Of a stretch of 64,000 bases of DNA, positions 7,769-16,790 are shown one piece after another. The notes below the pieces were generated by a model. It was not told the origin of the DNA, searched no databases, and saw nothing but the letters and a program-made list of their open reading frames with translations. The DNA is taken from the IMG/VR virus record IMGVR_UViG_3300001798_000001, one strand, 5' to 3'. This stretch comes from a virus. Each line of letters starts with the position of its first letter. Within the stretch, counting starts at the first letter, position 1. Position numbers and translations under genes: made by a program.

Positions 7769-7894
7769 TTAACCTTGTCCATTCGGACAGCCCGGATGGT
7801 GGCCCTTGCCACTTCCGCAGATGCCACAGCCACCAGATCCGCGTGTTTCAACGGTTTCGCGAGTGTCGGGAATTTTTGGTTCTCCCTCGTGCAT
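7769..7894 (-). CDS. Antisense zinc-finger microprotein (41 aa, MHEGEPKIPDTRETVETRGSGGCGICGSGKGHHPGCPNGQG)
   Basis: CxxC-x5-HxxxC motif; a TAAAAT -10-like hexamer lies 6 nt before the ATG. Confidence 0.6.
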   Translation of the reverse strand: MHEGEPKIPDTRETVETRGSGGCGICGSGKGHHPGCPNGQG

Positions 7895-7966
7895 CTCTGA
7901 ATTTTACTCCCGAAATCCACATGTCCACTGTTGTGCTGTGGACGATTGTGTTCTAGTGGCAGTACA

Positions 7967-10039
7967 ATGGCGGTAATGGATCCCTTAAACAGCGGAGCTT
8001 CGAACCCCTTGGACGAGAAGAAGAAGTACGAGGGAGCGGCAACACCGGAGAATGAGAAAAAGCCGGGGGATGTCGAGCAAATTTATACCGAGGACGATCG
8101 GAAATATATTTCGTTTCTTCAGAGGCGTTTGGAGGATGCGAAGACTGTTCGTAATAATCCGTTGGAAGACCTTGGTGGTAAGACGTATATTCAAATCTAC
8201 GAGGAGAACGAAAAAATTGCGAACACAAATCTCCCCGCAAAGAAAAATGAGGATGATGTAATTGTCTCCGCCGGTACGATCGAGGCAAAGCTCGATGCTC
8301 TACTTTCACACATTTCCAATCTCGACCTGTCACCCGAAGTCCATGCGTTCGATCGTGAGAATAATAAATTGCAGGAGATCGGTGTTGCTCTGCAGGATGT
8401 GATTTACATGACAGAGGAAAAAGACGGCGCCGATGAGGGAGGGGATGAAGAGAAAAAACTATTACGGCAGCGTGAGCTTTTGAAACAGGGAACCGTGTTC
8501 GTACAAGAGGAGTGGTTACGACTCTGGGAGACGAAGAAAAAATTGAAAAAAGATTTCGACGGCAAGTTTAAACAGGACGCTGAATTTTATAGTGAAGCAC
8601 TCGAACTTGTTTTTGATGGGCCGTCACGCACGGTGCTACACGGGCCGAATGTGTATCTTGGAAACATTACCGAGTTTTATATGGAGAAGCAGCCGTACGT
8701 CTTTGCGGTGATCCACATGTCTCACGATGTGGCGAAAGCTAAGTACGGACGTTTTGAAAATTTCGATAAATATGTGAAGGCGGGTAATTACGTCGACAAA
8801 ACCGAAGGCACCTCAACCGTCGCAGGAAAAACTATCTTCGACAATAAGTGGCGCCTCACCGAAGTGAAGAAAGATAACGTAGAGGTCATCATCTATCAAG
8901 ACAAGCCTCGCGACGAATTCCAAATTCTCATCAATGGAGTCCTCATGCTTCCTATTGGCTTTCCCCTTTCGGCGGTCACTCCGGGCGGCAACTATAATAT
9001 CGCGAAGCAGGTGTTCCGAGTTATTAACTCACACTTTGCCTACGGTAAATCATTCGTGTCATCGGGTGCGGTGAAGGAGGTTTCAGCACTCATCGATGAA
9101 ATGCTCAAACTATTTGTACTGAAGACACGGAAGAGTTATGCTCCACCGTATATCAATACGTCCGGTAAGGTTATTTCGAAACGCGTTCTTTCCGCAGGTC
9201 GTATCTCCATGGGTATTCCACCCGATGCGTTGGTACCAATCGGCCAAGAAGGTCAGGGAGTTACCGCAAACGAGTACTCTATCTTGAAAGAGCTTTCCGA
9301 TCGTGTCGACAAGTCGACTATTTCTGCACAGTTCCAAGGGCAGTCAGGAAAGTCAGGTCAGACCGCGACCGAAACGGTTGAACTGCAGCGTCAAGCAAAA
9401 CTGACGCTCGGTCTAGCGATCGCTGCGTGTTCATTCTTGGAGAAAAAACTCGGTTATCTTCGCTTGTGGAATATCCTTGAAAATTGGTTTGAACCTATTG
9501 ATACGAAACTTGTTCTCATCGACAACGAGCGTCGTGAAATGAATCGTTACAGGAACTCATTCCGTGAGACAAATATCGAAGGTGAGGGATTTGGCGCGCG
9601 ACAGGTTATCACGGTCGACGGTATGGTTCCTGCTCCTGAAACGATTCGAGAACTTGAACGACGTGAGAGTGAAAAATATGGCTTCCCGATCCGCAAGGTA
9701 TATCTTTCTTATAATGGTCTTAAAAGCGCCCGGCTGAAATGGTACATCACGGTGACGCCACGCGAGAAAGAAACGTCAGCATTGAATAAACTCACATTCC
9801 GTGAAGACTTGAATGATGTGCTTGCGTTGATGCAGATGGGTTCTATACCGAACGTCGGAGGATTGGAGGAAGAGTTCGCGACTTCACGCGGCAAGAAACG
9901 TCAAAAGTATTTTGCGACAGCAACAGCTATGGGGCCATCCAATCTTGCGGGTGTTTCACCATCTTCAATTAGAGGGCAACTCAACGGCTCCGGAGGCGGT
10001 TCGAGTTTATCAGTAAACACGACGGTACCCTCGTCGTAA
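7967..10039 (+). CDS. Portal protein (start at ATG 7967 or leaderless ATG 7976)
   Basis: ~690 aa directly after terL; QGQSGKSGQTATETVELQRQA resembles the P22-type portal TATE motif. Confidence 0.82.
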   Translation: MAVMDPLNSGASNPLDEKKKYEGAATPENEKKPGDVEQIYTEDDRKYISFLQRRLEDAKTVRNNPLEDLGGKTYIQIYEENEKIANTNLPAKKNEDDVIVSAGTIEAKLDALLSHISNLDLSPEVHAFDRENNKLQEIGVALQDVIYMTEEKDGADEGGDEEKKLLRQRELLKQGTVFVQEEWLRLWETKKKLKKDFDGKFKQDAEFYSEALELVFDGPSRTVLHGPNVYLGNITEFYMEKQPYVFAVIHMSHDVAKAKYGRFENFDKYVKAGNYVDKTEGTSTVAGKTIFDNKWRLTEVKKDNVEVIIYQDKPRDEFQILINGVLMLPIGFPLSAVTPGGNYNIAKQVFRVINSHFAYGKSFVSSGAVKEVSALIDEMLKLFVLKTRKSYAPPYINTSGKVISKRVLSAGRISMGIPPDALVPIGQEGQGVTANEYSILKELSDRVDKSTISAQFQGQSGKSGQTATETVELQRQAKLTLGLAIAACSFLEKKLGYLRLWNILENWFEPIDTKLVLIDNERREMNRYRNSFRETNIEGEGFGARQVITVDGMVPAPETIRELERRESEKYGFPIRKVYLSYNGLKSARLKWYITVTPREKETSALNKLTFREDLNDVLALMQMGSIPNVGGLEEEFATSRGKKRQKYFATATAMGPSNLAGVSPSSIRGQLNGSGGGSSLSVNTTVPSS

Positions 10040-10056
10040 TCTTATAAAACGGTGAT

Positions 10057-10566
10057 ATGAAACGGTATTTTTTGTTCGGCCCCGATGTGGTGGAGAAATC
10101 CACAGTTGATGATGAGTTGGTTAAATTGCGTGCTACTGTAAAGGATAGGGACGCACGCATTCTCGGTCTTCGGACTGAAAATGCGGCGCTTAAACTCCGT
10201 AAGCAAGCGGAACGTCCGGTCATTGACCCACTGTTGGGCGACCCGACTCCGAAGGATACGACAGAGCGCAAGATGTACGTCGCGGGCGTCGCGGGTTTCT
10301 ACCACGATTACTTCGAACGTAAGTTGATGTCGATGCTTGGCGAGGTGCGAATGCAACTCGAAAAGTTTGACAGCACTCTTTCCTCTGACGGAACCCGTAT
10401 CCACGGATATACGCCGCAAGAATTCGATTTGATTCTGAAAGGCACGGCCAATGCGCTATGGCTTCTCCACGATTGGGGAGAACAGATGCGGAACGAACAC
10501 GTCGCATACGTCAACCCGAGTATTAACGGTGAAGAGCGCGAATTATTAAACGAAATAGCATCATAA
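10057..10566 (+). CDS. Hypothetical head-module protein (169 aa)
   Basis: Operon-packed ORF. Confidence 0.7.
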   Translation: MKRYFLFGPDVVEKSTVDDELVKLRATVKDRDARILGLRTENAALKLRKQAERPVIDPLLGDPTPKDTTERKMYVAGVAGFYHDYFERKLMSMLGEVRMQLEKFDSTLSSDGTRIHGYTPQEFDLILKGTANALWLLHDWGEQMRNEHVAYVNPSINGEERELLNEIAS

Positions 10567-10570
10567 AATC

Positions 10571-11230
10571 ATGGGAAAGTACTTCGATAAGGATGGTAAT
10601 GAGGTAGAGGCGTTCTCTAAGGACGAACTCGAAACTGAAAAGAAAACCGCACTCGATGCGTATCTTAAAGACCATCCCGATCAGTCAAACGAATTGGCAG
10701 AGGCAACGAAAAAGGTTGAGGATCTCACTAAACAGATTGAGGAGAACGGCGGCACCATGACCGATGGTCAGAAGAAGCGCCTCCTTGAAGATAAAAAGGC
10801 TGCAGAGGATCTTGTTAAAACCGTCACTGAAAAATTTACCAAGGAAATGGGCGAGTTCAAAGAGAGCGTCTTCGGCGGCTTTAGGAATAAAGCGTTGAAT
10901 ACACTTTCTGGCGGCGATAAAGAAAAGGCAGAGAAGATCCAAGCTCGTTACGATTCTCTAATGAAAACCGGAGACTACAAGTTGGACGAAGAAGGAATTG
11001 CGAAAGCGATGTCCGAGGCTGCGACGTTGGTCAATGGTGCAGCGCCGAAGCCGGGTTGGATGGATAACATGACAAGTTCCGGGGCGGGTGGTGCGGGCCA
11101 AGTCCACAAGGGTGCCGCGGGTGCGGATAGTCCGAACGCTGTTGCAATCGGAAACATGCTTGGTGTTACTGATGCTGATCGCGCAAAGTATCCGACACAA
11201 GGTGACAGTCAGGAGGTAAAAAATAATTAA
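10571..11230 (+). CDS. Probable capsid scaffolding protein
   Basis: K/E-rich coiled coil with a G/A-rich C-terminus, located between portal and capsid genes. Confidence 0.65.
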   Translation: MGKYFDKDGNEVEAFSKDELETEKKTALDAYLKDHPDQSNELAEATKKVEDLTKQIEENGGTMTDGQKKRLLEDKKAAEDLVKTVTEKFTKEMGEFKESVFGGFRNKALNTLSGGDKEKAEKIQARYDSLMKTGDYKLDEEGIAKAMSEAATLVNGAAPKPGWMDNMTSSGAGGAGQVHKGAAGADSPNAVAIGNMLGVTDADRAKYPTQGDSQEVKNN

Positions 11231-11238
11231 CAAATACT

Positions 11239-11829
11239 ATGGAAAATAATCAAGGCGCACAAGTAGGAGAGGGAAATGTTTCGGTAAGTGACCCGAAAGT
11301 TCTTCAGACGACACCACCTGTAAGTCAGACTCCGCGCTCGACGCCGCCTAAATCAGAAACACCGCAAACTCCTCCGTCGGTGGGCGACGAAGGGGAAATG
11401 GTAAGCATCCCTAAAACCGTTCTTGAGAACGTCCTCAATCGCCTTGAAAAGGTCGAGGGCGAGGCAGAACTGCTTCGTGGCGCCGCAGATCAGAACAAAC
11501 TAATTGCGATTCAGAATATGCGGAACGCCGGGAAACTGGTGAAATCCGCACAGGTTTCGACCTACAGTGGAAAGGTAGTTATCGGGTGGAAGATAGTGAA
11601 AGATGATGTTCACTTTGAGGGTGAAAAATTGGTTGAAGAGCAGATCGTGAAAGTCTTCTTCGAAGACAAGACCGATCAGGAAATGTCGTTGCGTCTCTTT
11701 AACTCAAACCTCGGCAAGAGGAAGGGAGAAATCATCGAAGAGTCGAAAGATAAAGATGGTGTCGTTCGATTCAAGGTGCAGTTCAACGATGGCAAAGAGG
11801 TAGTTATCGGTGGTGCGTACATCAACTAA
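11239..11829 (+). CDS. Hypothetical protein (P/T-rich N-terminus, beta-rich C-terminus)
   Basis: Operon-packed ORF. Confidence 0.7.
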   Translation: MENNQGAQVGEGNVSVSDPKVLQTTPPVSQTPRSTPPKSETPQTPPSVGDEGEMVSIPKTVLENVLNRLEKVEGEAELLRGAADQNKLIAIQNMRNAGKLVKSAQVSTYSGKVVIGWKIVKDDVHFEGEKLVEEQIVKVFFEDKTDQEMSLRLFNSNLGKRKGEIIEESKDKDGVVRFKVQFNDGKEVVIGGAYIN

Positions 11830-11830
11830 T

Positions 11831-12283
11831 ATGTCGGACGAAAAAAAATACGTCGGGAAATTTTTCGGGCCGCGTAAAATTGAATCTCTGAAAGAGATTG
11901 CAGGCTATAAAACCGCCGGTGGTGTCCGCGCGTTTACCGTGACGTACGATGGTGGCTTCATTGAAACGCTCACCGAGCTTTCTCTCGCAGCTGCTACTAC
12001 TGACGAAGCGAAGGATTTCAACTTCATACAGGATAGACGATTCGAAGGCATGGTACCAAAGGTGCTTTCCATCATGAACGATTACGATCTTCCTGCGTAC
12101 CAGTTGAACGCATTCTTCCAGAAGTGCCTCGGATCCCTTCAGGCGAATTTCGATCGCGCGTTGCAGTACAAGTGGACTGGTGATGATTCTCGCTATGTTC
12201 CCGGCTCGAACCCGACTGACGACGTAACGCTTGTTGAGACCGATATCGTGTTGAAGAAAATTGCCGATGAAAAAAGAGGTTGA
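11831..12283 (+). CDS. Hypothetical protein (150 aa)
   Basis: ATG 11831 directly follows the previous stop. Confidence 0.7.
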   Translation: MSDEKKYVGKFFGPRKIESLKEIAGYKTAGGVRAFTVTYDGGFIETLTELSLAAATTDEAKDFNFIQDRRFEGMVPKVLSIMNDYDLPAYQLNAFFQKCLGSLQANFDRALQYKWTGDDSRYVPGSNPTDDVTLVETDIVLKKIADEKRG

Positions 12284-12467
12284 AATCACCGAAAAGGATA
12301 TTCTTCCGTTGCACCAGAATGAAATTGATCTTCTCTGGTTTCTTCGGAATCGGTACCGTTTTGGTGAAGTTACCCTTCTTATGCGCGATGGTTTACCACA
12401 GGACTTGATAAAGACTGTGGAACGCAGGAGAATGGGTACAGGTGAATATCCACAGTCTGAAGGTTGA
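12267..12467 (+). CDS. Small DUF2292-like protein (66 aa)
   Basis: RFGEVTLLMRDGLPQDLIKTVE resembles the GEV-hhh-DG-P pattern. Confidence 0.55.
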   Translation: MKKEVEITEKDILPLHQNEIDLLWFLRNRYRFGEVTLLMRDGLPQDLIKTVERRRMGTGEYPQSEG

Positions 12468-12545
12468 TGCCATTGTGGGTCAATCGTATGCAGGATATAC
12501 TCTGATTGCAGTACCTTTACAGAACGAATAGCGTCCCACCGAAAC

Positions 12546-12716
12546 AAGGCGGACATGTGAGACCACTCCTTTGGGAGTCAAGTCTCTGTGTTCGCCTTTT
12601 TTCGTGGTTGGACACAGCGAGCCGTCACCGTTCGGCTCGCGGTGTCCGTCTGCGAGACGGAAATCGGGGAGAAAACCCTAGTTAAAAACCTTGCTATGGA
12701 ATCTACAGTGGATTCC
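12546..12716 (+). ncRNA. Structured leader or sRNA upstream of the capsid operon
   Basis: Hairpins at 12546-12598 (followed by T6), 12610-12647, 12646-12660 and 12698-12716; G-U pairs favour the + strand; candidate promoter TTGTGG-17-TATACT at 12473-12501. Confidence 0.65.
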
Positions 12717-12783
12717 TGCGGAGACGAAACTCTAGTCAACAAACGAGCAACTTATTAAGACTGGTCTAAAGATTAAAAACTTT

Positions 12784-13197
12784 ATGGCATTCGTTCACAA
12801 AAAGGGAAAGACTCGTCTTGAGTGGCTCCCTGTTACTACGTCAACTGCGCTCGCAATCGATACGATTGTTGAGTGGACTTCCGGTTTAATCGCCGGTGCA
12901 GATGACAACGATACATACGTCGCGGGCGTTCTTGCGAAGACAATCGCATCTACGGACGATGACTATGCTACGTCTCGTAAAGTCCCCGTTCGTATTCCTG
13001 TTGAACGTCATGTTCTTTGGGAGGCAGATACTGCTGACACTTTCGTGCAGGCAACTCACGGCGGCGTTGAATGCGGTATCGTCGACTCTGCAAACCTTGA
13101 CCTCGACGACACTACGAACGACGTGTTCCTTCCGATAGGCCCCGGCAGCACATCACTGAAGGTGATTGGCTACTTGAAGGTCAACGGTGCTTATTAA
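12784..13197 (+). CDS. Capsid decoration/cement protein
   Basis: 137-aa beta-rich protein immediately before the major capsid gene, the lambda gpD-like position. Confidence 0.65.
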   Translation: MAFVHKKGKTRLEWLPVTTSTALAIDTIVEWTSGLIAGADDNDTYVAGVLAKTIASTDDDYATSRKVPVRIPVERHVLWEADTADTFVQATHGGVECGIVDSANLDLDDTTNDVFLPIGPGSTSLKVIGYLKVNGAY

Positions 13198-13215
13198 GCA
13201 ATTAGTTATTGATTT

Positions 13216-14232
13216 ATGCCTGAATTAAACACACAAGTTCTCGCGGATTTCGTGCGTAATGCGGAAATCCTCTGGCACAAGGGTGCTGATTCAATTCCGC
13301 AGGTTCTCCGGAACTCTGGTCTCGTGAAAGAGATACCAGTCCCCCAGATGACTGGCAACGTTCGAGAATTCTCGGAAGTTGAATTGGAGCAGTACGCTCG
13401 TAAGAAGAACGAAGGCGACGACGCAATTCGTGCGCGCGTTCAGCAAGGCTATACCAAGACCGCGACCTTGAAGCGGTATGGTATGGACATCTCGATTACT
13501 TACGAGATGCGTACGCAGGGTAAGTATTTCGAGATGAAGCAGAAGCTGACTAACCTCGGCCAACTCTGTCCCAATCGTCTCGACCTCGATCTCTCGCACC
13601 GCCTCGGCTTCGGATCGGCTACGGCCTACACCGACATGGACGGTGAAAGCGTCGACGTAACTGTCGGCGACACGCTCGCGCTGTACTCTACGGTACACAC
13701 GTTGCGTGGTTCTTCTACGACCTTCCGCAACCGTCTCGCAAACTCGCCGCAGCTTTCTTACGGCGCTTTAGAGGCAATGGAGAAGATGCGTAAGGAGAAC
13801 ACCTACAATCAGTTCGGCCAGAAGATGACCATCCCTGATGACATTCTTTGGACGACTGATGATCCGAACACGGTTAACACGGCAAAGAAATTGCTCGGTT
13901 CGACGGCATCGCCGGATCAGGCAAACTCCAACGTGACGAATCCGTATTCGGGTAAGTACCGCCACCTCTCGCTTCCTCGCCTCGCGACGGATGCGAATGG
14001 CGCTCCTGACACGACCAAGGCAAAGTATTGGGGAGTTGCATCTACGATGAACTCAACGTTCTTCCTCGGCGTTCATGAGGAACCTCGGTTGAAGTCCCCT
14101 ATGTCTACTGGCGGTGTAAACCCCGAAGACATGTCGAACGACAACTGGCAGTTCGGTACTCGCGCCGGATACTTCCTCTGCATCGTCTCTGCCTCTTGGG
14201 TCGGCGTATCGTACGGTGATGGTACAGCCTAG
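13216..14232 (+). CDS. Major capsid protein (HK97 fold)
   Basis: 338 aa; position, and patterns such as YGMDISITYEM and the C-terminal WQFGTRAGY strand. Confidence 0.85.
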   Translation: MPELNTQVLADFVRNAEILWHKGADSIPQVLRNSGLVKEIPVPQMTGNVREFSEVELEQYARKKNEGDDAIRARVQQGYTKTATLKRYGMDISITYEMRTQGKYFEMKQKLTNLGQLCPNRLDLDLSHRLGFGSATAYTDMDGESVDVTVGDTLALYSTVHTLRGSSTTFRNRLANSPQLSYGALEAMEKMRKENTYNQFGQKMTIPDDILWTTDDPNTVNTAKKLLGSTASPDQANSNVTNPYSGKYRHLSLPRLATDANGAPDTTKAKYWGVASTMNSTFFLGVHEEPRLKSPMSTGGVNPEDMSNDNWQFGTRAGYFLCIVSASWVGVSYGDGTA

Positions 14233-14241
14233 TTACTAAAC

Positions 14242-14275
14242 GTGGTTGGGGCGGCATTTAGCCGCCCTTCTCCAC
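14242..14275 (+). terminator. Stem-loop after the major capsid gene
   Basis: GGGCGGC-ATTTA-GCCGCCC with an outer GTGG/CCAC stem; weak U tract. Confidence 0.5.
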
Positions 14276-14318
14276 ATAAGAACCTTCGGTAAGTGGCGAA
14301 GTAAAAAACCACAAACTC

Positions 14319-15260
14319 ATGTCTGATAATCAACTTTCTAGGTACGGTGCGATATCAAAGGTTCTTCCTTTGATGAATCCGGGAGCGAAGGTGTTCTTCG
14401 TCGGCCCGTCTGCTGCTGCATGGTACGGAGACTTCATCAACGTCTTTGGGCCTGATTCAGAGGGCGGAAACCGTGTGTTCAACGATCTCGATACTGCGAT
14501 CAGCGACTCAAACGTCGTTGCGTCTCGCGGTGACGTGATTCTTGTTCTCCCCGGCTATTCAGAGACAATTACTGGCACCGACATCGTTGTCGATAAGGCC
14601 GGTTTGTCTATCATCGGAATTGGCCAAGGCTCTCTGATGCCGACCATTTCTCACAACAACGCAGTCGCGGAGGTTTCGATCGCCGCAGACAATGTGTTGT
14701 GGAAAGGGTTCCGTCACCGTGCGGACGTCACATCTGTGGCAATCGGTATCGAGATTGAAGACGGTGTTGACTACACCGCAATTAAGGATTGTCTGTTTGA
14801 TGTAGTGGCGACTGGAACTGATGAGTTCACTGCGTCGATCCACATGGTCAACGACAATACCGGAACCGTGATTGAAGGAAATACCTTCCACATGGGCCTT
14901 GCGGCTGCGGTTGCGGCAATCCACATGGATGCTGACACTGCAGACACGGTAATTCGAAAGAATTATGCTGATGGCGATTATTCGACGGCGGTTATCGTCG
15001 GCGATACTACGCTTTCAACCGGTCTTTTGATCGAGGATAACCTTCTCATCAACGGCCTCGCAAGCAACATCGGAACTGAACCGGGAATCGAACTGCTCAC
15101 AGGTACGACTGGTATCATCCGTCGGAATGACATCGTGTGTAACCTCGCAACGAAGGCAGCATCTATCGTCGCTGATACCTGCTTCCTCTTCGAGAACCAC
15201 TACAACGAAGACATTACTGGCACTGGTGGTCTCATTGGTACTGCATCCGCAGACGACTAA
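14319..15260 (+). CDS. Pectin-lyase-like right-handed beta-helix virion protein
   Basis: RGDVILVLPGYSE...DKAGLSIIG N-cap and repeated TVIEGNTF / TVIRKNY / LLIEDN / IIRRN rungs. Confidence 0.75.
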   Translation: MSDNQLSRYGAISKVLPLMNPGAKVFFVGPSAAAWYGDFINVFGPDSEGGNRVFNDLDTAISDSNVVASRGDVILVLPGYSETITGTDIVVDKAGLSIIGIGQGSLMPTISHNNAVAEVSIAADNVLWKGFRHRADVTSVAIGIEIEDGVDYTAIKDCLFDVVATGTDEFTASIHMVNDNTGTVIEGNTFHMGLAAAVAAIHMDADTADTVIRKNYADGDYSTAVIVGDTTLSTGLLIEDNLLINGLASNIGTEPGIELLTGTTGIIRRNDIVCNLATKAASIVADTCFLFENHYNEDITGTGGLIGTASADD

Positions 15261-15262
15261 CC

Positions 15263-15310
15263 CTCGTGGTCTCGCTCTGTCCCCTTTCTGGGGACAGCGA
15301 CGAGGCCGAG
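15263..15310 (+). other. Intergenic long hairpin (processing or stability element)
   Basis: CTGTCCCC-TTTCT-GGGGACAG extended by GGTCTCG/CGAGGCC and CTCG/CGAG. Confidence 0.55.
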
Positions 15311-15334
15311 AGATTAACAAGGTAAAATGAACTT

Positions 15335-15976
15335 ATGAGAGATTTCAAAGAATACGTCATCTTCGATAGTGTGACTCCGCAGACGCTTACGTCTTCGACG
15401 AACGCCTCTCCTACAGTCATCACAAAAACCTCGCATGGACTCTCAACAGGAGACCGTGTGTTGATCTTCGGTCATACCACAAACACGAATGCAAACGGTA
15501 TTTGGGATGTTGTACGCGTTGATGCAAACACATTTAAGATAAAAGACATCCATACTGGTGTTGAAGTCAACGCTAACGGTATCGGAGCAGACGGATTTGT
15601 TATGACCGCACCTAAAGTTCTTCTCGTCAGCGACTTTAGGCACATGACGCTTCATGTGAACACAGCATCGTCTGGGAACATGACATTCAAATTTGCCGGT
15701 TCGCTTGGAAAAAATCGTGCTGACGCGACTCCGATTTCTGGTGACTGTCCGAACTTCGGTGCGACACAATCAGATACAAATCCGTATAGTTTTATCGCAA
15801 CTTACAATCTTGAAGACGCATCACTCGTTGAGGGTGACACTGGTCTTGCGCCATCAGGCACCGACATCATTCGCGCGTTAACAGTGAATACTGATGGTTT
15901 GAAATACTTCACCGTTCTTCCAACAACGTGGACTGCGGGTGCATTAACTGTGAAGGCGCAGTTGTTCACTCAATAA
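15335..15976 (+). CDS. Virion protein with an E1 FCCH-like beta domain
   Basis: ITKTSHGLSTGDRVLIFG...NANGIWDVVRVDANTFKI matches the HGL-xGD-V FCCH-like pattern common in phage structural proteins. Confidence 0.7.
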   Translation: MRDFKEYVIFDSVTPQTLTSSTNASPTVITKTSHGLSTGDRVLIFGHTTNTNANGIWDVVRVDANTFKIKDIHTGVEVNANGIGADGFVMTAPKVLLVSDFRHMTLHVNTASSGNMTFKFAGSLGKNRADATPISGDCPNFGATQSDTNPYSFIATYNLEDASLVEGDTGLAPSGTDIIRALTVNTDGLKYFTVLPTTWTAGALTVKAQLFTQ

Positions 15977-15979
15977 TTT

Positions 15980-16789
15980 ATGGGATTCACACCAAACAAT
16001 TCGGGAGTAGGAACTTCGGTCTCGATTGGTGAAATCGAAGCGGCTGTTGTCGTTACTGCTGCTGAAGGAATCTCCGGCAACAACAATGACACAACTCTCC
16101 CTACTTCTGCGGCAGTAAAGGCATACGCGGATACGAAGGGCGACGCATCCACGAATACTTCGTCATCGGTCGACAGTGAAATTGCTGTTTTTTCTGGTAC
16201 GGGCGGTAAGACGCTAAAAAGAGCGACTGGTACCGGAGTTGTTCGCGTTGATTCTGGTGTGATGTCTGTAGACTCTGATATCACCGATCTTGTTTCGGCA
16301 GCTGACCTTACGACCGCCGGAAAAATCGAGGTTGCAACGGCGGCAGAAACTACCACGGGAACCGATGCAACTCGCGCGGTTTCTCCGGATAGTCTTGCCG
16401 GATCTGACTTCGGGAAACGCGTGGTTGGTATTCAAGTTTTTGACGCAGGCACTGACACTGCGACAGGTGATGGGAAGGCGTTCTTCCGTATTCCTTCAAC
16501 GCTGAATGGTTACAACCTCGTCGGTGTTGCGATGAATGTATATACCGCAGGCACTACCAATACCACTGATGTGCAGATTCGTAACGTCACACAGGCGGCT
16601 GACATGCTTACCACAAAACTTACGATTGATTCTACTGAAACGGATACATCGACGGCAGCAACCGCCGCTGTGATTGACACAGGGAATGACGACGTTGCGA
16701 CCGGAGACAAAATCGCGATTGACGTTGATGCGGTGCATACAACGGCAGCGAAAGGTCTCTATGTCGAATTAACGTTCCAACTCCCGTAA
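15980..16789 (+). CDS. Tail-fibre-like protein
   Basis: AGKIEVATAAETTTGTDATRAVSP tail-fibre repeat motif; T/A-rich. Confidence 0.7.
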   Translation: MGFTPNNSGVGTSVSIGEIEAAVVVTAAEGISGNNNDTTLPTSAAVKAYADTKGDASTNTSSSVDSEIAVFSGTGGKTLKRATGTGVVRVDSGVMSVDSDITDLVSAADLTTAGKIEVATAAETTTGTDATRAVSPDSLAGSDFGKRVVGIQVFDAGTDTATGDGKAFFRIPSTLNGYNLVGVAMNVYTAGTTNTTDVQIRNVTQAADMLTTKLTIDSTETDTSTAATAAVIDTGNDDVATGDKIAIDVDAVHTTAAKGLYVELTFQLP

Positions 16790-16790
16790 T

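Noticed and set aside
7765-7860. HDV-like theta ribozyme downstream of the tRNA
   Set aside because: I could not build the nested double pseudoknot; the sequence is better explained by the antisense Cys/His microprotein.
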